Source of the DNA: Phoronis australis | Lineage: Eukaryota; Animalia; Phoronida | Length of the DNA: 64,000 bases | Assembly: GCA_002633005.1 (NCBI GenBank) | Contig: NMRA01000001.1 | Span: 2,897,695 to 2,961,694 of the forward strand | Reading direction: 5' to 3' | Shown: positions 48,301 through 61,640 of the stretch, piece after piece | Layout: the number at the start of each line of letters is the position of its first letter | How positions within the stretch are numbered: the stretch's first letter is position 1 | The notes under the pieces: generated by a model | Seen by the model: the letters and a program-made list of their open reading frames with translations, nothing else | The model's database searches: none | What the model was told of the DNA's origin: nothing | Made by a program: the position numbers and the translations under genes

Positions 48301-51300
48301 TGTCAAGAATGCTGCGTTCTGATAGGTCAATTAAGCCATCACTCAAATCCCTGGCGATAGGTGGCAAGAACTGTTTACCGTTACATTGTTTACTATTCAG
48401 TAAGTTTGGCCTACGTTACCGGATGGTAATGAGCCGGCAACCGTCCCATGCAAAGAAGCGTATAACGAGACCGTCGGGCTTTCTTAATGATTATGGTCAC
48501 GGTCCCCTAGTGTTCCCTGTCTACGACCGAGCTTGACCTATTATATATTAACCTGTTTCGCAGTAGTTGCTTCGTAGTAGATCTGAAACTGCAGGCGCAT
48601 CTGGACTTTCAGGCAAGGCGAGGTGTTTTCATTGTACAACTGAAATGTCGGGGCTGGGAGCGCTGTCGTTGTCACTGGCGTAGTGTCTGAAATACAAATT
48701 ATTCACTGTTTGCATAATAACCATGCATCTTGATACGACGGCATGTAAGTTGCATTTTGAGGCGAAAATGACACTCACTGACAAAAAAACTCCCGCTCGC
48801 ATCATTTCAGCCAAGGTCTAGTGTTATTTCTCACTGGTTCCCTGCGTGCCGCTAGGTGGGGCGGTAGCCGCGCCAGCACGCAGGTATCACTTAATTTTCC
48901 TCGGGAAATTTTTTACATCGGCATTTCTGATTGGCTAGTCGAATTCTCAACAGGCAGCGCTTTACGCAAACAATCTAGCATGACTGATGGACTGGGAAGT
49001 GTAAGTGTGGTCTGTTGTACAGACAAATCGGTGCTTAAAATTTATGTTCAGGAAATGTGAAGCCTAGAAATTGTGATTGCGCTCTTCGGAATGCATCTTT
49101 CTACTGTCGATGACTCTTGTTTACGATAGTGTCCAGTATTCATACAGTATGAATAACACACCGGGAGTGCGTTCAGTAGACGCTAGGACCTACGCTAGGA
49201 CCTTCGCTAGGACCTAGCTAAAACCTAGTCAAAGTCACGTGTTCTCATTTAAAAATATACACGGCAATATCTCACGTAATCTCTCGAAGTCTTGCTTTTT
49301 AGCGAGGTCCTAGCGTTACTGAACGGGAGGCGGTTAAACCTGCCAGATATGTGTTTATTGCCGTATGTGCTTAAAGCGCGTGGCTATTAATTACATCACT
49401 GCAGAAACGAAATAGTTGCTGCGACGCCACTTGCATGGCTAAAAATCGTTCACAGTCCGCCATTTTTTGATGGTGTCATAAATTTAGCTAACCAATGACT
49501 GCCGAGGTTACATCGACCAATGCTAAAGAGCGTGCCACTGCGTGATACCTGCGTGCTGGCTGGGCTAAGCACGCAGGGAACCAGCGAGGTGTTCTTTGAA
49601 AGTAGTACTAAGGTATGTGTTCATAGTATGCAAGGTTTGAAATGCAATGAATTGCCAGGCGATGAATAAAAAACAAATACTATATAATTTTGCTCGTCTC
49701 GGGAGGATTTTATTTTTAAAAAGGGAGTATCTAAAATACACCTCGCCGACTCGATTTTCGGGCCAGAAAACAGATCAGAGCCAATGCTTTTTGGCATGAT
49801 GTGACGGATCTAAAAGACAATTGAAGTAGAAGACACTCGTTTTTAGAGTCATCTTTGATTGAAATGCGATTTACTGGTTATTTTAGACAACTTAGCCGAA
49901 TTTCCTCCCGGGAATTCAAGTGCTACTCAGAAAGTGATGTTGCGGCCGCCAAGATCCTTTCCCGCCATCTTACGATGTACGAAGAAATGTGAACATCTAC
50001 TGATAATAGTTACAAAAATTACCGTAATTATTTGCTTTCGACGAGTATTCTCGGACAATCCTAGATTTAACTACTAAAGCTCAGTTGAGTTGACTTTAGC
50101 CAATATTTGTGCCTGTCTGGATTCGGCGTCCACAATTTGAGACTCAGTGATCGAGGAAGTGTAGACCGTGGAAGTGAAGATTCTTTCACGACCAAGCAGT
50201 TGGGCCTATTTGTTGGAGCGACACACTCCGGCAGCGATGCCGCGTGAAGACGTCTGGACCAGACTTACAGGGTGTTTCGGTGCAAATGCTCGAATAAAAC
50301 TCATGCAGTGGATTGTGGGTGTTGTACGTTGCGAGTACTACGAGCCTAGTAAACACAGCTGGAAAATGCAGAGTTCCTCATAGGATCTTTTTTGGAGATA
50401 GCACCAGCACATGATGAATCTGTGCAGAATGTTGGGATCGAACGCTGTCATGGTGACTGTTCACGTGCACGAGGGCACGAGTGACATCAACCTCGTTGCT
50501 CTTGAGTCACATAGGTAAACAGCCTACGACGTTTGGCGTTTCAAAAAGCACTCCATGCAAGTGGCGATAGCTATACAGCCTCAAAGAGAAGGGGAATGCC
50601 GACTGCGTGTGCTTTCCTTCTTCAGAGCATGTTTTGGGATATCTTTGTGATCTCTGCGCATGCCCTTTTCGTATTCCGAGGCTAAGAAATGTTTGTCGCG
50701 CAGACCATAGTTTACCGCTTTAGTCAGGGCAATGAAAAATTATAACGCCGCGTTCTTGACACGAACGAACCAAATCCGACGAATCTCGCATTATCCAACA
50801 GGAAATCGGTGAAACAAAACAACTCTTAGAAATTTCATTGTACGAGCAGCTGGGTACATAACGATCTCTGGGCATAGTGAGTGAAAATCAGAGGAAGGCA
50901 GATCACTTTCTATCATATTATAAGACAGACGTACACAATGATGCTTCAGTTGTCAAACACAGTTGCATGTGGACGAACATGACGCGAAATGATCTGGGCA
51001 GCGAATGTAAATTTCGAAGTGACAATATTAATTAAAATTTGATCCGGGAAAATATATTTCACTTCGTATTTGTCTACGATAACCAGAAAATCGCATTTCA
51101 GTAAAAATAACTCTAAAAACGGCTGCCTTCCCCTTTAAGGCACCAACTAATAGATGGCGAGGCACATCTATCATTTCACAAAGGCAAGTACCCGTACAGG
51201 CTACCCGAACAACACGGCTGTCGCACCCATAAACACAATTCCTCACTTATAAACACGCCTCACGTGCCCTACGAACCCAATTCACCGATAACAAAGGCAG

Positions 51301-52696
51301 TTCACAAACAAGTCTCACTAACCCCTAACCGCCTAACGTACACGGATACATAGTCGGCAGTCGGTGCACAGGGTTTGTGATTCCAGGGAAGAGTTTGAGA
51401 GTCTTTGAACTATATTTTTGGGGTGTATAAGCCGAGATTTTTTTGAGTCCATCAGCGTGTTAGCGGCCATTGTGTCGTGCCGATTTCCCGGGGGTGTCAC
51501 TCATACTGATAAGGTGCCCGCAGTGTACCAAAATTGCTGAGAGAACCCCTATTGCGGGTGCCAGATAGGTGCAGGATAGATTTAGACGGCCAATGTACCT
51601 TTTGCGGGGCTGAGGCAAATACAATGGGCCTTTTGCGGGGACGAAATGGAAATTTAGGGGCCTATTAATTGGACCCTATGTGGGTCCCTCAAAACTTGCT
51701 GAAAAAGTACCGCCTACCCGCAATGTGGTACAAGCCTGAGGGCACCTTGTTATATGAAAGACAACCCTGGGGCCGCTTTGCGAGTGAGGGCAAGAGTTTG
51801 TGAGTCGGTGACCTGATTTTGTCGAGTCCGTGAGCCATGTTTGAATGTTCGCGAGTGCTGCAGCCGTGATGTTCGGAAAGCCTGGTCGTAGACCTATTAG
51901 TGTGTTCCATTATGTACAGTAGTTTTTCACAACGTTTGCACGCGCGTGTGAAACTTTAATTATAGCTAAGCCCACAGGAGTGCAGAGAGTGGAACACACT
52001 TTACGTTTAACAAGTTTCTGTGTATTCCCCGTTCGTTTTAGCAATGCAGAGGTTTTGATCGAGAAACCGCGGAATGGTCATAATTTCTTCCACCTGATGT
52101 CCAGCTTTTAAAAGCGCCATGCAGTCTTTGAAAACCGTTGCTTTGGTCCACGGAACCTTTGATTGTGTTTAAAAACGAGTTAACATTGCTAATTATACTC
52201 ATAGTAAAAGAATGGATTGAATTGAGTTCAAACGTCAACAGTTAATAACGCTTGTACTCAAGTTGGAAGTTTGCGATTTCGGCTTGAACATGACATGATT
52301 AGCGCTGCGTCTTTTATAAACTTTGATTTAGAGGATACAAAAATAAAACGATCATGATAGCACATTGGTTTTGGTCCTCGTTAACATGCTCATTCGCCTA
52401 TACGAAGTTCGCCCATTTCCGTGTGCCGTTATGTGTACATTACTACTTATTATATATATTAGAACGTCGTACGAAAAATGGCGAATACCGTAATGAGCGT
52501 TCCCGTAAACCTACTTGTGCCACATTCCCTGACCCACAATTTCTCAAGTACGCGTAGTTCGCGTTATGAGAAAGCGTAAACTTACTAGTCCTGACACCTG
52601 GCGACGTGACTGTTCCATTGATTGCATTTGACGACGATGTAATGCCTGTGGTTGCCGTCGCATTTTGCATAAGTGAATACTGTATGCTTGCGAACA
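42355..52696 (-). CDS. LAMP-family (single luminal domain, LAMP5/CD68-like) membrane glycoprotein; first exon not found; exons 52696-52586, 48686-48553, 46549-46433, 45186-45045, 44348-44154, 42521-42355
   Basis: In-frame exons give a Thr/Ser-rich stalk, 'PCLKVQMRLQFQIYY', 'VSGFCGNNTAQLVLSW...LWMTFT', 'LFATPVLQTYKC', 'FECDLD', TM 'LVPIVVAGSFAGIIVLVVIAYII' and short tail 'SKRTNKIPYRAIE*' with YxxPhi. Confidence 0.88.
43563..43735. repeat. Interspersed repeat, also at about 48188-48363
   Basis: Shared ggcggcttggaaacgaaggt.tgtcaagaatgctgcgttctgat.ggtca...gcgataggt; both copies in LAMP introns. Confidence 0.7.
48830..49588. mobile_element. MITE related to 23180-23791 with a nested gttcagta-family element (49168-49330)
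   Basis: Ends ctcactggttccctgcgtgc / gcacgcagggaaccagcgag; subterminal region matches the 23180 element in reverse orientation. Confidence 0.7.
51487..51772. mobile_element. MITE with imperfect ~45-bp TIRs (cccggggg...)
   Basis: cccgggggtgtcactcata..gataaggtgccc...tgtacca mirrored by tggtaca...gggcaccttgttatatgaaagacaaccctggg. Confidence 0.65.
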
Positions 52697-53469
52697 CTGG
52701 AAGTATAATAAAACTGACACTTCACATGGTTACATGGTTTTATCTGCTAAATGACCAACACCGACACAAATACATTAACGATTTCAATCATTTGGTGTTA
52801 AATAGCTTTTCTAGCAGGCAAATTAAAGCGCGGCTATCGATCCCTTTGTTTGCAGTTGAATTGAGAAAAGATTGCTCCGGAAGAGCCAGTAGTCGATTTC
52901 AAAACATTCAGGCTGTGCCGTCGACCTCGGCATTACAAAACTATTTATCGAAAGTTTTCAGGACGTCAGTGTTATTATGATTGATTGCCCATATTTCATA
53001 GAAATTATCCTTTAATTCAGGACGCACACAAATCATTGACGTAGCGGATGCCACTCGTGACGTAACAACAGGTCAGGTTCACACTAAGGAATGTACTAAA
53101 TACAGACAGGTCACGGGTCTATCTACAAACGACAAATCAAGTCATTTTCCTTTACAGTCTAAAATATTTAGAACTTTTATTTCATTAGTCTGAAAATCAG
53201 GCAAGTAGTGTGAGCTATTGCTTGGCGTTGCTAAAATTACTAGGTCACTAAAGTATTTGACGGGAGTAGGTGGATCGACTAACGAAAAACGTAAAGACGT
53301 AAGGGTTGTTTTCCCCAATGAACGCGGGCGCGTGGCCCCCTAATGTACCCCTTGTAGCCCCTTGTCTAGGCCAGTGATGCTTAATCGCAGTCGTTGTCAT
53401 TATCACTTTCATCATTATCACCCCGTCGTTGTGCTCCAATTATAAGTTTTGCGACGACATAACTATGGA

Positions 53470-53790
53470 AAGCCAAAGGGGAACAAAATTCCAGGACATA
53501 TTTTCTATGCAAGATTCAAAAACAGACCAAAACATTTTTTATTCTGCAGGTCCATAAGTAAATACCTCAAAACCAGAATTTTCACTTATGCAAGAATTGC
53601 GAACACGCCAAAACATTTTTTCACTCTGCAAGATCAAAAAAACAACTTAAGACCAAAATTTATTACCGTCAGCCCGAAAATTTATCACGTCAAGACATAA
53701 AAAATTTTCACAACACTGGACCGAAAATTTAACAATTCTGGACCAAAAGTTAATACTTCAGGACCAAAATTCAAAACGCCAAGACCAGGA
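53470..53790. repeat. Degenerate tandem repeat (agaccaaaattt-like motifs)
   Basis: Recurring accaaaa/ccgaaaattt/gcaaga motifs. Confidence 0.5.
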
Positions 53791-54711
53791 GTCCACGTGA
53801 CCATCCACATGCATTGACCCCTCAAAGTGATGACGTCGGTATTAGGTACACAAGGGCTAAGCGTTCAACAATGTCTCGCCGACGACAGTCATACTACCGC
53901 CGGTGTCAATGAGGTTGAATTTCTGTTGTCTCTTCCACCCTTTAACAGAAGCCAATGTATACTTGCACACATTTGAATTAGTTACGGCTGAGTATTGCAG
54001 AGACAGTACGCGGATCGTCATTTTCGGATAGTGGATGGTCACGTGGCCTTTGAGCACGAAATTTGTCTGTCCTGGAGTAAAAAGTTTCGAGCCTGCATGA
54101 TGAATTCTGGTTTGTGTTGTTTCTTTTAGGTCCTGCACAGATTTTGATTCTTGAAAAATAATATAGGTCATTTGCGTACTGGAATTTTTTCATCTTTTAC
54201 TGTCCATACATACAACAGAGATCGCCTCCAAAAAGCAGCGTTCCGGTGTGCTGCGCAACGACCGGCGTAATTGGTTTATGTACGCCCATGGTCACATCAT
54301 GGGTCAAGGAATTTCCTTTTCTAAAGGTCATTTCAATTTTTAATGTATGGTTTACTCGTTGTTCCCATGCAACCTGGGTTGTTTTGTGGTGAAATGTTTA
54401 TCATACATATGACAAAGCCTGCCACAATGCAAACGTTTGAGGACAGAGACGTTATTAATGTACATTCTTTAAGGAATATAACTGCTGCTCCGCTACGCTC
54501 TGAAGGCGTGTTGGTGCAAGTTCGTATCTACGTTTTTATGGCCATAAAATATCCCACTGGTGCCTGCATCGGGACACTTTCAGCGCGACACACCCTATTA
54601 GAAGACCTTCCGAGCTAAACGTTGACAGCACAAATTGCGGAGCAACTTCAGTCACGGACAGATCAATCTACTTCGGTACCAAAAATTATAATACCAACAA
54701 ACTGAACAAAA

Positions 54712-57700
54712 ATGATGGATATTTCTATTTTCTTTATTTCTGTTACTTTTGCTTTTCGTAGTTCATGGGCGTATCCCAGTGGCGCACCTCGAGAGGGCTG
54801 TAACCCAGCCTTGGCACCTATAGTAGGACACAAATCTCCTCCGTCGCCAGGTTTTGGTGGATACAAACTGACGGTGTATGCCGACGGAAAGGACGAATTG
54901 ACAAAGGGATACGTCCCAGGAGAGTCTCTTGATGGTAAGCGCACTGAATAAAGCCTACTTTGAACGGAAAAAGAACACGTAAACTACGTTCTCTTCGTTT
55001 CCTAGTACGTGATGAAAGGGCTCGTGAACGTGTTCTATTTCGTTAATAAAATCACATTTTGTAATTTGATGCCCAGAAGTGGTCGCTATTTCCATTGTCA
55101 TGGTTGTTGTGGGCAATTGCTTACGGTTGGAAAACATATTTTGGGATAATGATTGGATGGAATTTTAACTCCACAGCGCTGCAAGTTCTTCAGTTTTAGT
55201 GACGTATTTCTATTTCAATGAAAGAAACAAACAGCTGTACGTACATCATTTGGTAATGTATTTCAATGGAACATACTCCTTCTGTTTGCTAGACCAGTGA
55301 AAATAAAGCAAAACATAGAGAGCGAAGTGTTTATTTATGGCAGGTTGATGGAATAAGGAAACTTGGTTAGAAACATGTGAAAACGTGAACAACAAAAATA
55401 ATAAATAGAAAAACAGTTTTTCAGTTACTGATTTTAATTATGAAAGGCGTTAATATTGAAATTGCAAAATGAATCAACGATATAAATATACATTATTCTC
55501 AGCATCAGATATTTTGTTAAAGAAAGCGTGGGTTAGACTTTTACAAGAATGAAGGAGCACCCTGCATCCTTCATGTCTTCGGGGGAAGTCCAATATGCCA
55601 CTGTAATGCAATGCGACTTGCCCAAATGATTTGCAGAACGGACTTGATAACATGCAGTGTTATCGGCAGCACTCTTTCGCTTCATCTTAGTTAAAAACTT
55701 CGCGAGTTAGTTCATTCGAAACTTAAGTCCAAATTGTGCATATTGAACACAACCCCAAATGCTTTCTAACTTAACTGAATTTAATGTGAATTTTTTGAAT
55801 AATTTTAATTTTTGAAGGTGCACCACCGCCTGAAATGGCCGCCATAATAAGTGACAGTGTACGCATGCATTATGGGTACTCACTGAACTGCCGCTATATG
55901 CAATGAGGTTTCCGTGGAAACCCCCGCCCACTTTTAGATTAAGCTTATCTCAAACCTTATTCAGTGGCCTACATTGTAACTCAAATATAAAAAACTATAA
56001 AAAGCTTTTTCAACAGGTAAAAGTATATATTTTCTGAAAGAAATAAGACCAGGAAATATAAAAATACTTTTTGTATTAATGTACCATTATTATTTTTACG
56101 TAAAAACCTTTTTAAGTCACAATTTTATTTTTAAGAAAGGTCCATTCATAGCAAAATAACCCCTGGGTCAATTTTAATGAAATCTTTTTTACATGGAAAC
56201 TTCACCAGTTACCTCAAAAAGCTGTTAGGAATTTTCGATTAGTCTTTTCGTTTGGTTTCTATGACAAATCATCTCGCAAAACGTAAGGTATTTTTGTAAA
56301 AAAATTGAAGTCGTATTCATCTTTGTTACATTTCGCAAAAACTAGGCCTTTATATCAAAATCCTGAAACTCTTTTTGAGATTGATGACTAAATATTAAGT
56401 TTGGAAAGTTCAGCGAAATTCACTGAGCCGTTTTTGAGAACTCGTGTTCCTAAGTTCAAATAAAGTCGATTTGCCGAAGCCGAGAAAAAGCCGAACTGAG
56501 ACGGCTGAAAATCTCAAAGTCTTTTGTTAATTATTCGGTGAAAACTTGTTTTCGGTACATATAACCAATATAAGCCATAACTGTCATGGGCAACGCACCA
56601 TAGGGGGCTGAGGGGCTATAGTCCCCCACTTTCTTCAGTGCTACGCCGAACATGGTCTATAGGCGGTGCACCACAGGGTGGCTGAGGGGGCTTTAGCCCC
56701 CACTTTTTTCAGTGCTGCGCCGCCCATGACTATGTTAGCTATTTCAACATTCACACGCAATATCAACTGATTTTGCAGTGTGAATTAACTTAATTATCAT
56801 TAAAACCATGCGCACACCCAGTCTTCAATATGGGGGACTCGAATTCCTGATGTGGAACTTTTGGTGACAAAAAAGCGGGCGGACTAAAAAAAAAACGGAG
56901 GCACCACTGTGAATTGCGCGTTTGTGCTTGTTTAGCGGGCTTTTGTCTAATTTTCTAGGACTTTTTGTTTCTCAGAGGCAGACCTTTTTGCCCACTTCGC
57001 CAAATGGGGGGAGGGGGGCTCATTCGAGCCCCCGAGCCCCCCTGGGTGCGCATGAAAACGNCGTAAGGTATTTTTGTAAAAAAATTGAAGTCGTATTCAT
57101 CTTTGTTAGATTTCGCAAAAACTAGGCCTTTATATCAAAATCCTGAAACTCTTTTTGAGATTGATGACGAAATATTAAGTTTGGAAAGTTCAGCGAAATT
57201 TACTGAGCCGTTTTTGAGAACTCGTGCTCCTAAGTTCAAATAAAGTCGATTTGCCGAAGCCGAGAAAAAGCCGAACTGAGACGGCTGAAAATCTCAAAGT
57301 CTTTTTGTTAATTATTCGGTGAAAACTTGTTTTCGGTACATATAACCAATATAAGCCTTAACTGTCATGGGCAACGCACCATAGGGGGCTGGGGGGGTTA
57401 TAGTCCCCCACTTTCTTCAGTGCTACGCCGAACATGGTCTATAGGCGGTACACCACAGGGTGGCTGAGGGGGCTTTAGCCCCCCACTTTTTTCAGTGCTG
57501 CGCCGCCCATGACTATGTTAGCTATTTCAACATTCACACGCAATATCAACTGATTTTGCAGTGTGTAATTAACTTAATTATCATTAAAACCATGCTCACA
57601 CCCAGTCTTCAATATGGGGGGCTCGAATTCCTGATGTGGAACTTTTGGTGACAAAAAAGCGGGCGGACTAAAAAAAAACGGAGGCACCACTGTGAATTGC

Positions 57701-60700
57701 GCGTTTGTGCTTGTTTAGCGGGCTTTTGTCTAATTTTCTAGGACTTTTTGTTTCTCAGAGGCAGACCTTTTTGCCCACTTCGCCAAATGGGGGGAGGGGG
57801 GCTCATTCGAGCCCCCGAGCCCCCCTGGGTGCGCATGAAAACGTGCCGTTCCCAGCCAACTTTTACTGTTGTTTCCGACCTATTTTACAAATAGGTCAAA
57901 GTTCATTGCTATGCACATGGCCTGTACACGCCACATGCTGGGAGACTGATACGAAACCAAGTAAGAAATGGATAACAAAAATCGATTGACGAAACTCATT
58001 CTGTGTTATGAACTGGTGAATGTAAATAGAAGAGTCCCTTTGAGATAAACTTTGAAGTTATTTGCTGTTATCTGTCGCCAAATTGTTGCATTAACTTATC
58101 CACTGTCCGTTTCCATGCAGTTCATCTATCGGGTACAAAACCATTCCTTGGTTTTATCATCACTGCCAAGAAGGGAAATGGAGAGATAGCTAACGGCACG
58201 TGGGATATTCCATGGCAACAAAAGACATACCAGGGTCTGTCGTGCATAAGACCAAAGGACGCCATTACACACGCCGACGGAAAAAAACTGAAATCAGGGA
58301 AAGGATTCAGGGCAAAATGGACAGGACTTTCAGCTGAAGGACCAATAATGTTTCAGTAAGAACGTTTTGTCATTGCATAGAGATACTAGAGATGCAAGTT
58401 AACGTTGCTAACGTCTTCATAGAATATAGGAAAGTTATTATAAACAACGTTTTGTTGTCAATGCTATCATTATTATTATCATTTAATGTTTACTGTTACA
58501 ATTAATTATTAAATTTTAATCACTAGTCCATGAAAATCTTCGTTTGTCCCATTACTATACACATCTACTACTCAAATGAATGGAGTTGACAACGCTGCTT
58601 TCATCTCCCTAATCGAAACATTTATTTTCAAATGTTCCCAAAATTGCAGTTATTACACCATAACACGAGCCGTATAACTAATCGTGAAATTCGTAACTGT
58701 TTTCATTTTTTGTCTTTGGTATCTTTATTTTCTGGATTAGACTAGAGTTATGTTGGCCCCAAGGTAATTCTGTAAGAGCAGTCAATAACTACACCAGGAT
58801 GTTACCAGTAACATTATGTAAAAAATAATTTTCTAAAACTTCGCTGAAACCATGAACTTTTGCAAAGAGAGATCACTGGTGGTCACATCTGGCAAAAACA
58901 TAAAACATTCATCTGCTTCCAAAATTTTTAATAAAAGCGTCTTTGAAAATGATAAATACGTGATAACAAATTTTAGTAACCTTGTGAGCTTGCTAAATGA
59001 ACGTACTTTTTGGCATGTTTTCGGAAAGCCTGAATTCACATCTTCCGTTCACGATAGTGGCCACGGGTGGCGCAGTGTTCATGTACTATTTCAACTGACA
59101 CTTTTTGCGAATGGACGAAAATTATCCTTGTCCGGCAATAATTTTTCAACTGACAAATTGCGTCAGTGTTTAAAGACTGACGACAAGGGGTACCGAAGTA
59201 TCACACTCTCTGACACAAAAGCCGTTTTATAACGTAAGTTGAACTCTAGTTCTTTGGCTTAGTCAAATCTTAGCTAAATCCTGGCATGCTTTCCGTAGCC
59301 GTTATAACCACGCGAAAACAAAAGGTCACGTTAGCCTTTGCGAGATTTTGCCATGTTTTACAAACGAACAGCGTGATCACACTAGCTTTTTTGAGAGATT
59401 CTACACAGTGTTTAAGAGGTGCAATCGCAAGCTTGCTGCAAACACCACAAAATAAAAGTTATATTCAGCCGCATCGGTGTATACACTATCTGAACATATT
59501 TGTGTGGCAACCACTTAATCAGCTGACATGGGGTAGTTTCATAGATACATGTCTATCTAGGACTATACTCCCACATGTCTATCGACAGTCCCGAAAGTTC
59601 GGCCACGCCTACCATAGTTACCGTTGCGAAAGCCCTGAAGTGCGATGACCTTGCAAGCGTGCTACAGTTCTTTCTATAATGTCTTTAATCATGTTTCGCT
59701 GAAACTGTAGTCAGATTTAGCCGCATTGTCAACATACTTCCTGGGGAAAGCAAAACAAACTGTTGCACGCAGTGGAACATCCACTATACCAAGCATTTAA
59801 GCCCATGCAGAGATTATGCCAGTCCATTGACGCCGCGCTATTCGCACATTCAAGTGTCTGATCGATTCAACTAAAGGGACACCGTGGGCGCAGTATGGTT
59901 TTCCGCATTGTGCAGTTGTGATCGGTAAGCTATTTCACAGCACGAGAGGGAAGACCTTCATCTATGAAATTTAACTACATTACAACTTTCTAGCATCTTC
60001 TGGTTGCTTACAGTTACAACGGCAACAAACCAGCGTACCATCGAAGAAAATAAACCTTGATTTTGACCTACAGCAACCTTTTATCAGCGACAGAATTCCC
60101 CTCTTTCGATCTTTGTACGAATCATTGATATGCACTGGAAGTGTAGCACTTGCATCGCAAAACCATCTTTTAAAACCAATGATTGTGGGGCAAAGATTGC
60201 GGACTTTCGTTTACTCCTTACCGCGATCTGATTGACTGAAAATAGTAGCTTAATTGTTATTTCGGACTCCATTTATTTCATTGTACAATGGCTGCAGGGA
60301 CCTGCCGGAAACAGTTGCGACTGTGACCTTTTCAACCGTCGTGACAATGCGGACTATGCTTTTGGGAAGCAGACACGTATTGCAAACGGGAAGGTTGGAT
60401 TTTGTGAGCCCATAGTTTAATAGTACAGCCTGTGTTCACAGGTCTTCGCAAACCATTTTGATGTGCCAGTAAAATTTAATACCGGCAAAGGTTTTGCTTA
60501 CGACTGCGTGCAAGACCTTCAATTTGATAAAATGGTTGGAGAGACCTCGCTGTCCACAAGGCCTACTGCTTCAACTAAAAAATTACAATGTACTTTCAGG
60601 GCCACGGTTGTTGTGAAAAAGAAAGAATTTTACATGATGATTATTACCGAAACCTTGAGCCAAGACAAGCCAACTACGACTACTACCACAACGACGACCA

Positions 60701-60846
60701 CCACAACAGCGCCTCCAACGACAACCAAGTCAACCACAACGACTCCCTATAGACGAGGAAAGAAAAACTCGGCAAACAACTTGTTCTCTGTCAGTTTCAT
60801 ATTATTCTTCCACTGCCTCGCTTTTAGTACATATCTTAGACTCTGA
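54712..60846 (+). CDS. Second Reeler-domain protein with poly-Thr stalk and GPI-like hydrophobic tail; exons 54712-54934, 58121-58355, 60600-60846 (234 aa)
   Basis: Signal peptide then YPSGAPREGC...P..GH, YVPGE, FLGFII, GTW, C...DAITH, AKWT, IMFQATVV; same intron positions and phases (1, 2) as the gene at 37695. Confidence 0.9.
56282..57843. other. ~780-bp direct duplication around single N at 57061
   Basis: 56282-57060 is repeated at 57062-57843 with few substitutions; likely haplotype overlap. Confidence 0.85.
56808..57055. mobile_element. MITE with CATG termini and AAAAC target-site duplication
   Basis: aaaac-catgcgcacacccag...ctgggtgcgcatg-aaaac. Confidence 0.8.
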
Positions 60847-61086
60847 GCAAAAACAATAAGACGAAGTGGAACCGTTTGAATATTATGATCACACGATGGG
60901 TGATAAAGAATCCCGATGCCGAGATCGTAAAAAACACCGGGTATAGTACTTGTCACTATTGTCACAAAATTCACACAATACAGAGTAGAACAAACCAAAA
61001 TACTCATGAAGGTAAACATACTAAAGTGTAAATGCACTGAAAGACGTTTTAATCAGTATTTCTGTACTAATACGGGTATACTATGC

Positions 61087-61640
61087 AGGGGCGGATCAAG
61101 GATTTTTTAAAAGGGATCCAAGCCAATAATTTGAAACCTATAGATTTGAAATCACTAAAATCAAGGGAAAAAGAGGGTCCGGACCCCCTTGACTCCACCT
61201 CCTGGATCCGCCTATGCTATTCATACCAGACCCAGATACTAGCCCCTTGTGGAGTATACAGGGGTAGAGTTCAGTAACGCTAGGACCTTGCCAAAAAGCA
61301 AGACTTTGTGAGACTACGTAAGATATTGCCGTTCATTTTAATTGAGAGCACGTGATTTTGGCTAGACTATAGCGAGGTTCTAGCGCAGGTCCTGGCGTTA
61401 CTGAACCTACCCTGGTTTGGGCTGCGCAGTTATCTTTATACAAAGGCTGTGTGTCCGTAACAACGAGCTTTGTGTAGCGGCTATAACCAGCCTCCCGTTC
61501 AGTAAAGCAAGGACCTCGCTAAAAAGCAAGACTTCGCGAGATTTCGTGAGATATTGCATTTTAAATGAGAGCACGTGACTTTGATTAGGTTTTAGCTAGG
61601 TCCTAGCGTAGGTCCTAGCGTCTACTGAACGCACGCCAGC
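61087..61640. mobile_element. Cluster of three short MITEs (caggggcggatc-type and two gttcagta-type)
   Basis: Inverted termini at 61087-61216, 61261-61414 and 61490-61638, matching families seen elsewhere in the window. Confidence 0.7.

Noticed and set aside
46850-48536. Several 100-150 aa ORFs on both strands
   Set aside because: Lie within LAMP introns, partly in repeats, with no recognisable motifs or consistent splice sites.
48629-48814. Signal-peptide-like ORF MMRAGVFLSVSVIFAS as LAMP start
   Set aside because: Different frame from the LAMP exon at 48686 and no phase-1 donor found; the upstream exon 52696-52586 fits better.
56282-57843. Tandem duplication in the Reeler intron
   Set aside because: Junction is a single N; same artefact pattern as the other two joins.
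58833-59648. ORFs of 120-126 aa in the second Reeler intron
   Set aside because: No motifs or splice support; likely chance ORFs in degenerate repeats.
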